DNA of 64,000 bases, taken from positions 3,720,001-3,784,000 of the forward strand of contig CM075991.1 of the NCBI GenBank assembly GCA_038087875.1, written 5' to 3'. Of the stretch, positions 25,158-38,072 are shown one piece after another. The position numbers and the translations under genes were made by a program. The notes below the pieces were generated by a model, which ran no database searches, was not told the DNA's origin, and saw only the letters and a list, made by a program, of their open reading frames with translations. Source of the stretch: Malacoraja senta. Taxonomy: Eukaryota. Numbering within the stretch: position 1 is the first letter of the stretch; the number at the start of each line of letters is the position of its first letter.

Positions 25158-25316
25158 GTATTCGTTATTCATGCGATGTTGACCATTACACTTACACACT
25201 ATGCTGACTGTGCTGATATTCGCTTGCTACTGTTTGCTAATTGCTGAGAACATGATAGGTGGTTTTCAAATTGGCTGACTCAGTATGTGAAACAGGACTT
25301 GCAAAATTCTAAAAAA

Positions 25317-26145
25317 TCATAGAAACATAGAAGCATAGAAAATAGGTGCAGGAGGAGGCCATTCGGCCCTTCGAGCCAACACCGCCATTCATTATGATCA
25401 TGGCTGATCGTCCCCTATCCATAACCTGTGCCCGCCTTCTCCTCATATATTTTGACTCCACTAGCCCCTAGTGCTCTTTCTAACTATCTCTTAAATCCAT
25501 CCAGTGACTTGGCCTCCACTGCCCTCTGTGGCAGGGAATTCCATAAATTCACAACTCTCTGGGTGAAAACGTTTTTTCTCACCTCAGTCTTAAATTACCT
25601 CCCCTTTATTCTAAGACTGTGGCCCCTGGATCTGGACTCGCCCAACATTGGAAACATTTTTCCTGCATCTAACTTGTCCAGTCCTTTTATAATGTTATAT
25701 GTTTCTATAAGATCCCCCCTCGTCCTTCTAAACTCCAATAAATACAAGCCTGGTCTTTTCAATCTTTCCTCATATGACAGTCCCGCCATCCCAGGGATCA
25801 TCTCATCTATGCTGCACTGCCTCAATCACAAGGATGTCCTTCCTCAAATTAGGAGACCAAAACTGTACACAATACTCCAGATGTGGTCTCACCAGAGCCC
25901 TATACAACTGCAGAAGAACCTCTTTACTCCTATACTGAAATCCTCTTGTTATGAAGGCCAACATACCATTAGCTTTCTTCACTGCCTGCTGTACCTGTAA
26001 GCCAACTTTCAGTGACCGGTGTACAAGGACCCCCAGGTCTCGCTACACCTCCCCCTTACCTAACCTAACCCCATTGAGATAATAATCTGCCCCCTTGTTT
26101 TTTCCACCAAAGTGGATGACCTCATATTTATCTACATTATACTGC
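25317..26145 (-). mobile_element. CR1 (HER1-like) LINE 3' fragment
   Basis: IPGMAGLSYEERL..RGDLIETY..SRGHSLRIKG; (catagaaa)n tail. Confidence 0.88.
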
Positions 26146-26863
26146 TGTCCAGATGTCCAGCTCCAGACAAATATCTATTTGACAAGACAGGGTATTGGAC
26201 TCATTGCAGTATTTTCTCCTCAGGAAGTGTTGGTAATAGGAATCATATTGCGCTTTTCAGTGAGGATTACTGACCTTTGATTAACGGCTGTTAATTAACT
26301 GTTATTATGTGTAGGAACCAAGATAAGTTATAAAATGTGGAAGTATTTGTTTGTGAGTGTTCCTCTGTTTGGTGGCATGTCGAGTCAGTGAAAACAGTGC
26401 TTGCTCTTTCGCAAGATGTTGTCGAAAGGGTGTTCGGGCTTATGGGGCGATGGCAGGTGAATGGGTTTAAGAGGGAAAGATATCGGCCATGATTGGAGGG
26501 CGGAGTGGACTTGATGGGCCAAATGGTCTTATTCATCGAAGTCTGTGGCAAGCAGTGTGGATGCAGCGTGAATGCACATTATGCCTGAATACAATATTGA
26601 AGCTGTTGTCTGAATACAGAGCGTCACTAGTGAGGAACCAGGACATTCTAGTATATTTTCTATTTATCCCACTCCGCACAACACAATAGAGACTTGAGCG
26701 TTTTATTGTTTTCCGCTCAGCCATTCTTCTGGTGCAATGTATGACCGGATTTGGGGGAACATGTCTAGCAAAGCAAGATGCACAACCAGCGGTTAAAATT
26801 CATCAATTGTCCCAAGAAATGTTTTCAGTTTGGACCAACTGCTTCTGTTTCCCGTTTGTCCAG

Positions 26864-26995
26864 GTATTTCAATTTCAGAGTTGGGAAACAAGCCGCCCTC
26901 CGTGGCTGTTGTGGTTTGCACAACTCTCGGAATCCTCCTCATCGCTGAATTTGTCACACTGGTGATAATAACTCGGAGGCAATCAGCAAGAAGAG
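26864..26995 (+). CDS. SRCR gene: transmembrane exon
   Basis: PSVAVVVCTTLGILLIAEFVTLVII followed by basic stop-transfer TRRQSARR; tttgtccag / gtgagg; 132 nt. Confidence 0.9.
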
Positions 26996-27224
26996 GTGAG
27001 GTTCAACGTTACAGCGTTATTATTCCAGACAATATTTCATAGCGTGAAGAGACTTTCATTCGCTTTTCCATGTGCTCTTTTCTTTCTTGCATTTTGAGCA
27101 ATAAATGCAACTGTGTGGCATTGTGTAGGTATTCCAGGGTTCCTATTGGAAAGAGCAATTAGTCGTAATAGCATGGAATGTTACATTTGATTATTGTTTG
27201 GGTCCCCCATCAATTGTTCACTTA

Positions 27225-27670
27225 CATAGATACATAGAAAATAGGTGCAGGAGTAGGCCATTCGGCCCTTCGAGCCTGCACCGCCATTCAATATGATCAT
27301 GGCTGATCATCCAACTCAGTATCCCGTACCTGCCTTCTCTCCATACCCCCTGATCCCTTTAGCCACAAGGGCCACATCTAACTCCCTCTTAAATATAGCC
27401 AATGAACTGGCCTCAACTACCCTCTGTGGCAGAGAGTTCCAGAGATTCACCACTCTCTGTGTGAAAAAGTTTTTCCTCATCTCGGTCTTAAAGGATTTCC
27501 CCCTTATCCTTAAGCTGTGACCCCTTGTCCTGGACTTCCCCAACATCGGGAACAATCTTCCTGCATCTAGCCTGTCCAACCCCATAAGAATTTTGTACGT
27601 TTCTATAAGATCCCCTCTCAATCTCCTAAATTCTAGCGAGTATAAGCCAAGTCTATCCAGTCTTTCTTCA
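27225..27670 (-). mobile_element. CR1 LINE 3' fragment
   Basis: RGDLIETYKIL..TRGHSLRIRG..FFTQRVVNLWNSLP. Confidence 0.88.
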
Positions 27671-27671
27671 T

Positions 27672-27850
27672 AACTTGACTGTTATTCAACATACCATTGG
27701 GGTGGGAGATTGCAACCTTCACGTGGTCCGCCCTGTTTCGACGAATGCAATCAACCTGGCGTGCACAATCAAATAAGATCAAATAGAACAAGTTGTCCGA
27801 CAACTTTAGGCTGTGCACGCCATACGCAAGAAGAAGAAGAAGAAGAAGAA
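27672..27850 (+). mobile_element. Probable LINE 3' end with (GAA)n tail
   Basis: Discrete segment ending in (gaa)7, abutting the CR1 fragment. Confidence 0.45.
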
Positions 27851-28368
27851 CATTCCATTCAACATCCTGTTCAAATGCGCTGCTCAATCTCAAACATTCT
27901 GATTAGATTCTATCCACCACATCTCAAGCTTGCTCTTTCCTCACATTCTACTCTCCTGCAATACTTTATTCCCCATCTCCTTCCATTTATTTGATGCAAC
28001 ACAATCTGTCTTTTCCACTTCCTAAATTGCAAACCTGTGGAAATTTCAACTCATGATCACCCAGCGCCACTCTTGTACCATGCGTATATATTTGGGATTG
28101 CAATCAGGTTTTGAACGGCATTGTCCTGGCGGACAGAAATGAGGAATTGCTTCCTACTACTGCACACTAGCTGTGATCTTCTTGTTTATCGTAGAATTCG
28201 CTCATTTCTGCAAGAAGCCATTAGACCTCTAACGTAATTCTTCAATGGTAACGCTCATCAACCTTGAATATCATCAATTCATTATTTTTACATGTCATAC
28301 GCAAAGAACTAACTGTTAAATACAATGCCTGTAAATCCACAAGTTAACCCACACTCTCCTTTCAACAG

Positions 28369-28470
28369 GTGCAGAGATGAGAGGCAGGGGCTTTGGCTTT
28401 TACGAAGCAATTTATGAAGAGATTGACGATACTCTTCCTGGAAAGAATATCAGTCAGATGGATGATTCAA
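28369..28470 (+). CDS. SRCR gene: cytoplasmic exon 1 with FYEAIYEEID motif
   Basis: ctttcaacag acceptor; GAEMRGRGFGFYEAIYEEIDDTLPGKNISQMDDS; weak phase-1 donor A|gtgtgt. Confidence 0.85.
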
Positions 28471-30773
28471 GTGTGTATTTGCTCTCGACAGTCACTCTTC
28501 ATCGATAAATATCCCCTCCACTCCAATAACCGTATTAATGATCATTGAATAAAAGCAAAAACATTGTAACAGATAAATCGGACAAAAGCAAACTGTTGGA
28601 GCAACGCAGTGGGTCAGGCAGAATCTATGAAGGAAAATGCACAGATGACCGTTTGTGTTCGTATCCTTCTTCATGTCTGGAGTAGAGCGGAGATGGTTGA
28701 TTGAAAGTGGCGAGAGGAAATGCTGCGAGTTTCTGGTCGATGACAGGTGGATGTATGCCAGGAGGGGTGGAATTGTAGACAAATCAATTTGGGGAGGCGG
28801 AAGAAGAGTGGAGGTGCCCACAAAGGTTGGAGGTGATAGTAGGGAGGACAAGGAACTCCAGATTTTGGAATCTGATAAGAAAAAAAAGTCAACAACTGAA
28901 ATATAGAAACATTGGGAAGAATGGTGTGTAGGTGGGAAAAATGGGATGGAAATTGTGGACCCTGTGCAGATAGGGATAGGTTATGAACTGATGGAGATGA
29001 GGATAAGAAATGGGAAGCGAGGGACAGGTTCAGTGGAGAGAATGTTGTCTTTGAGTGAGCCAGGGTTGATTATCAGGACAATAGACAATAGACATTAGAC
29101 AATAGGAGCAGGAGTAGGCCATTCTGCCCTTCGAGCCAGCACCGCCATTCAATTTGATCATGGCTGATCATCCCCAATCAGTACCCTGTTCCTGCCTTCT
29201 CCTCATATCCCCCGACTCCGCTATTTTTAAGAGCCTTATCTAGCTCTCTCTCTTGAAAGCAAAGGAGAGAGAAGTGCGGTGACAATTGGAGAATTAAATA
29301 TTTACACAGTCGGAATGTCAGCGTTCCCTGAAGTGCTGTTCTTTCAGCTTGCATGTAAACTCAATCTGGCAAAGTAAGAGGTGGAGGACAGGGAGGATGA
29401 AATGGGAATGAGGAATGGAATAGAAATCCAGCTGTCCCTGGCGGACAGAATTTGGTTGACTCGTCTGCATTTGGCATCACGTAGGTAAAGGAGGGTACAT
29501 CGAGAGCATGGAATGGAATAATGGGGACTGACGTTTAGGCCCCTGAATGGAGATAAAGGAGCAGGTGTAATAATAGGTGTTGCATCACCTGTGGTTGGTG
29601 GGAGGAGAATGTTCAAGGTGGATGTGTGAAGATAGATCGAGTCAAGGAATCTGCACCATCCTGGAGTCAGCCTCAAATCCATGGCCAGGGTGCTTTTCCA
29701 AAAAAAGTGTGTTCAATGAAGCCGACAGATAGACATGATTAGATGGGGCCCATGAGATTGTCCATGGCTACTCATTTGATTTGTAGAACGCGAGAGCATC
29801 CAAAGAAGACAAGTTCCACCAGGCAGAGCACACTGTTAGCTGCACTGAAGTCGTTGGGTCTCTGCTCTGGGACGAAAGCAATCGTCCAGATTGTACATTT
29901 CAGCTCTGAGGTTAAATAATGGGACAAAATGAGTTGGGGAAAAAACTCCCATTAGCACAGTCCTGTTTATGGGATTAGGGTGGGGGATAGAAGCGTGCAG
30001 TGGAAACTTTGAGTCTATCAGTTTCGAGACTGTAGTGGGTTGATACCGGAAGCGATGAGCTCTGTGAAGGTTGGTGATAGATTTGCTTCTTCTCCACATC
30101 TGATAACTGACATGTTAATGATATTTACCGAATGCGCGTTTGTTTTGTTTTAATATGTGATCAATATTTCGAATGGAAACGAACAGATATCAGAAACTTT
30201 CCACACGGGAAGAATTGCTTTGACAGTGAGATAATCACCGCATCCATATAAATGTTCATATCTATAATGGATTTGCGGCATCTTTCAGTGTTTCTATTGC
30301 TCATTGAATGGGTGGGTGTTGTGTATGGATTAAAATAGCCAGCAGTTCAACCTTACTTTTTCCTTTGGCTCCAGCAACATTATCACAGTTATCTGAGTCG
30401 GATATCAATGAGATAAACAATTGAAGAGAACTTATTTACACATATAAATTGGTGTTAGAACAATACACACAGTGTCAGAAGGAGTCCGACCCGAAACGTC
30501 ACCTCTTCATGATCTCCAGGCGTGCTGCTTGACTCACTCGCATACTCCAGCACTTTGTGTCCTTTTTGTAAAATAGCATCTGCGGTTCTTCGTTTCTTGC
30601 ATTGGATCGTTCGTGGATCGCTACAGCTTACCTTCCTGTTGAACAGTATTGCACCATTCTGTCATATGTCATATCCGCGATACTGTCATTGGGACGATGA
30701 ATAATATGTGTCTTCTGCTCCAATACCCAATTTAGCCCGATGTCTAATAACTATCTCTGTCATTGACTTCTAG

Positions 30774-30884
30774 TCTCTGGGTCCATTGATTCCATGAATC
30801 AAATAGAATATTACACCAGCGACCCTCTAGGTTGTGCTCATCTAACAAGCGAACTCCCTGAAGGAACCTCCTCCAGTGTTCGAG
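30774..30884 (+). CDS. SRCR gene: cytoplasmic exon 2
   Basis: gacttctag acceptor; ISGSIDSMNQIEYYTSDPLGCAHLTSELPEGTSSSVR; GAG|gttggt; 111 nt. Confidence 0.75.
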
Positions 30885-31396
30885 GTTGGTGCATGTTTTG
30901 CTTTCCATTTTCTCCTATTTTAATTCAAGTTCGTAATCAGAAAATATCAAGGAAAAGGTGTCCGAGCATGTTCGCCGTGAAATGATAGAGAGGCGATCTC
31001 AAGTACTTGTAAGGGATTTCTATTTAAAACATCAACAATTTGTCTTTGAAGATAAACCTCTCGACCGCCAGCTGTGTAATTGAATGAAACATTCATTGTG
31101 TGTTTATATTCTCAATGGGGTAGGTCTTGAACTATAACACCAATGCGCCGGATTGGAGCAACGTTAAATAGTTCACAGGCCCAACACGTTCCTCTCTCCG
31201 TCCACATACCAATTACACAACAACATCTCAGTCTGAAGAAGGGGCTCGACTCCACAGGTCACCCATTACTTCTATCCAGAGATGCTGCCTGTCCCGCTGC
31301 GTTACTCCAATATTCTATGTTTATTTCACATCCCTTGCAGCTTACAAAACAATTTAGGTTTTCAGGAAGATCATTCCGGCTTATACTTCATTCTAG

Positions 31397-31528
31397 ATCT
31401 AGTTCCTGATGACCATGACGATCCTGAGAGTAAAGCCATTGACTGTCCGGGCTGTCAGTTCGCGATGGACGGTGGCGCCGATGACCATCTGATGCTAACA
31501 GTTGCCGGCGGTGACGTGGACATTGGTG
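31397..31528 (+). CDS. SRCR gene: cytoplasmic exon 3 (acidic); read-through would stop at 31554
   Basis: cttcattctag acceptor; DLVPDDHDDPESKAIDC...DVDIG; GTG|gtgagt phase-1 donor. Confidence 0.7.
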
Positions 31529-33039
31529 GTGAGTCAGTCTCTGACATGCCATAATCACCAATCCTCAGCAAAATATTCCACCGACTGCGTTGTTTTATAT
31601 TCACTTTCGTGCTTCAAATATTATTTGCTAAAAGAAAAGACATGTTCAGAGAAAGGTGCCCACGAACGGGTTTGTTCTTACTCGAACAACGAGTTATTCA
31701 CAACTGCAATGTGAACCATATGAATACAGTATCTAATTTGTCATGTTACATGTCGGCTTATTTCCCCCTTGAGACTGCGTTATCGTTATCAACCTGCACG
31801 GGATTGACGGTGGGGGGGGGGGGGGGGGAGCCTCCAACAGACTCCAGTTCTAGTCCCTGTTTACAAAAAAAATGAATTGTTGTACATAGAAACCGCACTG
31901 CTGGCTATTCTATTGCACCGTCGTCTCTCCGTCCAAATATGCCAGACACAATGCGGCGGAGTAAGTCAATCAACATCAATCAACATGGATGATTGACGGC
32001 TTAAGTTGAAAACCTTCTTCAGAATTCTCGGAGAGAGAACTGTGTTAGAGTCGGGAGAGTCTGGCAACTGATAGGTGGATACGGCCGAGGAATTTACAAC
32101 CCAACGGAATGAACGTTAAGTCTTCCATTTTATACACAACCCAACAACCCGCCCACCAAAACTGCACTCCCCCTTATCCCCCTCGCTTCCTTGTTCACCA
32201 CCCCGAATGCGCACCATTTTTTCCCCATTGTACCGTCCCATTTCCCTTCCCCATCACTTTCCATTCTATCACTTCACATTTCGCACCTTACAATATCTCA
32301 CAGCCATTTGCCTTTTTCCATCTCTTGCCTTGATCCGCCCATCTGTCGATCAAACAACCCCCACCTGTATCCACATATCACTTGCAGGATTTTGTCCCTC
32401 CCCCACCTCTTCGCCAGCTTTCTCCCCCTATTACAATTTGTCTGAAAAAGGGACCAACTCGAAACCTTCCCTATCCATGTGGTTTGTTGTTTGACCCTTT
32501 ATGTTTCTCCAACACTTTGGGTTTCATTCTGTACACCAGCACCTATAGTTCATTGTGTCTGCTCTATTCCACTGCTGCCGTTCTTTCATAATTGAATAAT
32601 CCTCGCCATGCAATGCCATCTCCCACAAACTGAAATTTTCCGGCTACCTGCTCTACAAACAGCAATGATGAACGCCACAGTCCCGGCCCTTGCAGCACCC
32701 ATTGGGTTTGATGGCTCTATTCCATATTTTACATCAGAGCCATGAAGACGGAAGAAAACAATATTTCATGCGTTTACTTTCACTGTCGTGGGGTATTTGT
32801 TCAATTTTGGGTGGACTGTGTTGAAATATCTGTGATGCTGATTCGAAATAACATTATTGGTGAGAAACTGCCACATGCATTTGTTGAAATACACAATTAC
32901 TTACACATTCCGTTGACTTTCTATTATGAAGTGATGTATCACTTTATTTTAACTACAATATCTAGTAATCGTATTCATACTTTCCGTGAGATTACATTAC
33001 ATTTATAATTAAGACGTTGAACTGAGTTAACAGAGACCA

Positions 33040-34210
33040 TATGATGTCACCAACTTGGTTTGGATGAGAATGTACAAGACATGATTAGTAAGTTTGAAGA
33101 TGAGAATAAAATGGGTGGTATCGTAGACAGTGAAAATGATAATGAAAGTAACAGCAACCTCTTGTTGAGCTGGTCTAGTTCATTGAGCACTGGCTAATTG
33201 AGTGTAATAGACAATATACAATAGACAATAAGTGCAGGAGTAGGACATTCGGCCCATCGAGCCAGCATCGCCATTCACTGTGATCATGGCTGATCATTCA
33301 CAGTCGGTACCCTGTTCCTGCCTTTTCACCATATACCCTGACTCTGCTATCTTAAAGAGCTCTATCTAACTCTCTCTTGAAAGGATCCAGGGAATTGGCC
33401 TCCACTGCCTTCATGGCAGAGAATTCTGTGGGGCGTGTTTTACGTGGGCGTGTTGCAGTTTCGGAAAGCAAACTTGGACAGTGCGCTCACAACAGATGAT
33501 GAGGCCCTGGGGCTCGTTGAAAGGCAGAGGGATCTAGAAATCCAGATACACAGTTCCCTAAAGGTGGTAGCACGGGTTGATAGTGTGGCAAAGAAGGCTT
33601 TTAGCACATTGGCTTTCATCGATCAAATTTTTTAGTGTTAAAGTGGGGTGTTATGTTACGTACATGACGTTGGCAAGGTTCCATTTGGGGTACTCTGTTC
33701 ACTTTTGGTCGCCCTGCTACACGAAGCATGTCATTAAGCTGAAAAGAGAGCAGAGATGATTTGCAAGGGTATTGCCAAGACTTGAGCGGCTGAGATATAG
33801 GGAATGGCTGGACAGAGTAGGACATTTTTCATTGGAGCGTAGGAGGCTGAGGGTTATCTAATAGAGGTGTATAAGATGATGAGGGGACCGGATAGGGCAA
33901 ATGTACAGTGCCTTTTTAGTCTAGAGGAGGGAAATCAAGAATTAGTATACATAGGTTTAAGGGGAGAGTGGTAGATTTAAGGTGACAGGGCAAACTTTTA
34001 TTTCAGATGGTTGACGATACGTGGAACGAGATGGAGATGGTTGAGACAGGCAATGTAATCGCTTCTAAACAATACTTGGACAGATACATGGGCAGGTTAG
34101 GTTAAATGGATATGAGCCAACGCGGGCAAGTGGGAGTAGCTTAGGTGGGCTCTTTGGTTGGATTTGACAAGTTGGGCAAAATGTCCTGTTTCAGGGCTGT
34201 ATGACTCCAT
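33040..34210 (+). mobile_element. Degenerate CR1 RT 3' region with nested inverted CR1 tail (33207-33425)
   Basis: ISKFEDENKMGG.., RDLEIQIHSSLKV, FWSPCY remnants. Confidence 0.8.
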
Positions 34211-34299
34211 GTCTCGAATATTACGAACATCTTTTTTTTATTCATGTTAAGTCTTGATTTTAGCTGGCCCAATAATATTTGCTTTGTTTTCCTTCCCAG

Positions 34300-34340
34300 A
34301 TGAATTTAGCATGATACCTTGTTTCCAAAGCCTGTCTTGA
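34300..34340 (+). CDS. SRCR gene: putative terminal coding exon (DEFSMIPCFQSLS*)
   Basis: strong ttttccttcccag acceptor, in frame at phase 1, TGA at 34338-34340, AATAAA ~270 nt downstream. Confidence 0.6.
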
Positions 34341-34606
34341 AATGATGGAAGTCGCTCGGCGTTTCATCAGACAGCACGTGCCGTTCATCCTTCCTGCAAG
34401 ATAGACAAGCAGATCTTCACAGCATTGATATCACTCGCCAACTTATCACAAGCCGAATCTTTAACTTGTTTTTAAACCACTTGGTTTGATTTTTTTTGCG
34501 CCAAACCTTGGAAGAAAACATGTATACACTGCTCTCTGGACAGGTGTCGAAAAACATATTTAATCGTCATTCTTCTTCTGGAAGAAAGATCTTTTTTTTC
34601 CTAATC

Positions 34607-34612
34607 AATAAA
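34607..34612 (+). terminator. Putative polyadenylation signal of SRCR gene
   Basis: AATAAA followed by T-rich sequence after the candidate last exon. Confidence 0.5.
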
Positions 34613-35194
34613 CGCATGTTAATTTGAATTTGTAAGCCTTTTTATACATTCCATGTAAATGCTTAAGATTGTGGAGGTTAAAATGAATGTTACTTTGTTC
34701 TTATCATGCTTTACCTTGCTTTGGTGTTCGCAATGAACTGTTTCAATCTCGCCTTGCTCAATGTAAGAATTGAACAAGCATAATAAATACTTCAGGTGGA
34801 ATTCAATATTAATGTGTTCATATTTTGTCCGAGCATACATACAAATGCCATAGACACTAAAACAAAGCACCACGTTGATTGCCCGTGGTCTCAAGAAGTG
34901 AGCTAAAGACACAGGCTAGACATTGCAGAACATAAGTCTCATTGTGAAACCTTAGTAATGAGCGGGAAAGATCCTTTCAAGACCAGGGTGATAAATGTAC
35001 ATTGGATAATGTCAGATTATACGATTCACTTGCCATATCGCGAAAGAATTTGCTAAATCCAATTCTCATCAGTACATAGAAATAGGTATCAAGAGGTAAT
35101 TGGGAAATCAAGAAATCGGTAGCCAAGTGGTCATACAGGGAGAGAAAACATAGTAAAATATGCCAAACTTATGTGTTCTGCAAACCTGCTGACT

Positions 35195-36045
35195 CCCACA
35201 GTAATCTATTCCACATTTCCTCTCACTACCACTTTCAAAGACTCTATCACCTGCTCGCAATTCCTCCGTCTCAGTCGCATCTGCTCCCAAGATGAGCTTT
35301 TCCATTCTAGGGCATCCGAGATGTCGTAATTGTCTACACCCTCCTCCCTCCCTCCTCGTGCTGTCATAGATGGATTCCTCATCGGCGTCTCCTTCGTAGT
35401 CCGTATTTCTGCTCCCGTCTCCTCTTCCTCCAGATGGAACCAGGTTAGAGTTCCCATGATTCTCACCTTTCTCCCCACCAGCCTCTGCAACCAACGCATC
35501 ATCAACATTTCCGTTCTCTTCCAATGCATTCTCACCACATTTACAGCGTCCCATTTCCACTCCTTTTTGCTGGTCGCAGAGATCTCTGCCTCCACATAAC
35601 CATATTCACACTCCCTTCCCACCCAAACTTGCCCCTCTCCAAGTTCCGCTGCAACCGCAGGTGATGCAATACCTGTGCCTATATCTCCTCGCTTGCCTTC
35701 ATCCAGGGACCCCATCAGTCCTCCCAGATGATACCGATGTTCAAGTGCACCTCCTCTAACTTCACCTACTGCATCTGGTGTTCTCGATCCCGCCTCCTGC
35801 ACATCAACTTTACCAAGCAGAGTCTCACCCACCGTTTACCGGACAACTGCTCTCAATCCTCCAAGGCCTACTGGATCTCCCGGTGGCTAACCATTTTTAC
35901 GTCCTTCACGTTCCCACATACACATTTCAGGCCTGGTCCTCCTCCATAGCCAGAATGAGGCGTCATGCAAACTGAAAGAACAACCCACAACTTGGGTAGT
36001 TTCCAACCCAGCGGTATGAACATTGAATTTTCCAATTTTAGGTAA
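35195..36045 (+). mobile_element. Penelope-like element 3' fragment (RT thumb/GIY-YIG region), degenerate
   Basis: SQFLRLSRICSQDE..VPMILTFLPTSL..FKCTSSNFTYCIWCSR; related fragments at ~37625-38070, ~61225-61485 and ~29280-29620 (-). Confidence 0.8.
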
Positions 36046-36829
36046 CTACCACTCCCTCTCCATTCTCCCCCACACCCCCGTTTCTCTGCCCTCTCACCTG
36101 TGCCTCAGCTGGACCATACTTCAATTTGATTCATTATATCAAATTAACATGTAGACAATGCTCTTTCGAGAGCCTTTGTTGATTATCCATTCACAGGACT
36201 ATCAGTGAGCAAATTCCAGAACATAGCATCCCTGGATGTGAAGAAAATCTCACCTCCCCTCTGGATTTTTTAGGAATCACCCCACATCTGTTTCTTCTGT
36301 TTGCTCAACTCCCACTGGGACCAGTTTCATGTTATCTCCATGAAAGTCCCCCCTAAAGGTGAATATCTCCCCACAAGTTTCTCACCATCTGTTGTCCTCA
36401 CCATCTGTTGTCTGTTGTTTGTGATCGTATGTTAGGCAAATCCATGTGAGGCTTAGATAGGGTGCAGCGTTCGATCCTTTTCCACAGTGCGGAAATGTCA
36501 AAGACTTAAGGACATAGTTTGAAGATGAGAGTGGCAATTTTTAAGGGAGGGGTATTTTTTTTACACGGAGGATAGTGTGCTTAGAATGGGCTGCCATATG
36601 TGTTGGTGGAGGCAAATATGATAGTGGCGGTTGTGCTTTATGGATAGGCACATGGATATGCGGGAAATGGTGGTATATGGGTTATGTGCAGGCAGATAAG
36701 AGTTTGGCCTGGCATCATGTTTTGGCACAGAACGTGTGGGTCAACTGGTCTGTTTTTGTGCTGCATTGTCCCATGTTTTTTGTGTTATGTTCGAAAAAGA
36801 ACTAGTTTACAATAGATTATACAAAAGAT

Positions 36830-37181
36830 AATAATAATAATAATAATGGATGGGATTTATATAGCGCCTTTCTAATACTCAAGGCGCTTTACATCGCATT
36901 ATTCATTCACTCCTCAGTCACACTCGGTGGTGGTGAGCTACTTCTGTAGCCACAGCTGCCCTGGGGCAGACTGACGGAAGCGTGGCTGCTAATTTGCGCC
37001 TACGGCCCCTCCGACCACCACCAATCACTCACACACATTCACACGCATTCACACGCAGGCAAAGGTGGGTGAAGTGTCTTGCCCAAGGACACAACGACAG
37101 TATGCACTCCAAGCGGGATTCGAACCGGCTACCTTCCGGTTGCCAGCCGAACACTTAGCCCATTGCGCCATCTGTCGTCCT
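36830..37181 (-). mobile_element. tRNA-derived CORE-type SINE with L2-like 3' tail, apparently full length
   Basis: A box TGGCGCAATGG, B box GGTTCGAATCC, core GTGTCCTTGGGCAAGACACTT, tail GTAAAGCGCCTTGAG..(ATT)n, flanking AAAGAT duplication. Confidence 0.85.
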
Positions 37182-38072
37182 AAAGATGAAATCTCATGAC
37201 ATTTAAAAGTCATTGATAAGTAATCAATTGGTTATCAATTGGCTCACCTTAATTCACCTTCTTGCTTGGTCCAAAACGTTTGAATGCCCTCGAGCGCCCT
37301 CTTCTGGTTGTGCCTTGTGGTGAAGTTACGAGGCAGTTACTGAAATTTGCGGATTGCCAATGTGATTACGGAAGACGATAGACGCGTATTTATGAGGTTC
37401 ACCTTTGCCTTCTGCAAGTTATATGTAGATTTTGCATGAGATGAATCCGAGGAATTCGTTGATCGTTTCTGGAAGTACTTTCATAGTGCAATTAATCGAA
37501 TAATACACGGTGCAAATAAAGACAGAAACATCTGCTTTCGCTAAATTGTACCCTGACTGTGTGACTTTGAGCAGACAGGCACCTCTGCTGATTATCTGTC
37601 CGTTATCTGATTATCTTCCTGCCAAGATTCTATCCCCAACTCCCAATTCCTCCCTCTACGTCGCATCAAACCCCAAAGTGATGTGTTCCATACCAGTATA
37701 TCTGAGATGTCCTCATTCTATAGGGAACGGGGGTTCCACTCTTCAATCATAGATGAGGCCCTCACACGGGTCATCTAGATATCCCGCAGCTGCGCTCTTG
37801 CTCTCCCTGGGGGAGTCGTAACAGGAACAGAGTTTCCCTAGTCCTCACCTTTCACTCCATCTACCGTCGCATACAGCACATAATCCTCCGACATTTGCGC
37901 CACCTCCAACAGGTTCCCACCAGTAGGCACATCTTCCCGTCTTCACCCCTTTCCGCCTTCTGCAGAGACGGTTCCCTCCGCAACTCCCTGGTTAACCCAT
38001 CCCTCCCCACCAAACCACCCATCGCCAGGTACTTTCCCCTGCAACCGCGGGGGATGCAACATATGTGCCTAT

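Larger units (their letters stand above)
4560..34340 (+). other. Multi-exon gene: WC1/CD163/SCART-like type I membrane receptor with 7 group-B SRCR domains, TM and tyrosine-motif tail (~950 aa from the exons found; signal-peptide exon not identified)
   Basis: 15 exons joined by hand through phase-1 introns give a continuous open frame; each SRCR is on its own 312-324 nt exon; TM followed by EAIYEEID. Confidence 0.9.

Noticed and set aside
4560..34340. Calling the SRCR gene DMBT1 or CD163 by symbol
   Set aside because: No CUB/ZP exons seen, and domain number and tail differ from CD163; orthology needs a phylogeny
37110..37181. tRNA gene
   Set aside because: A and B boxes belong to the SINE head; no complete cloverleaf or terminator
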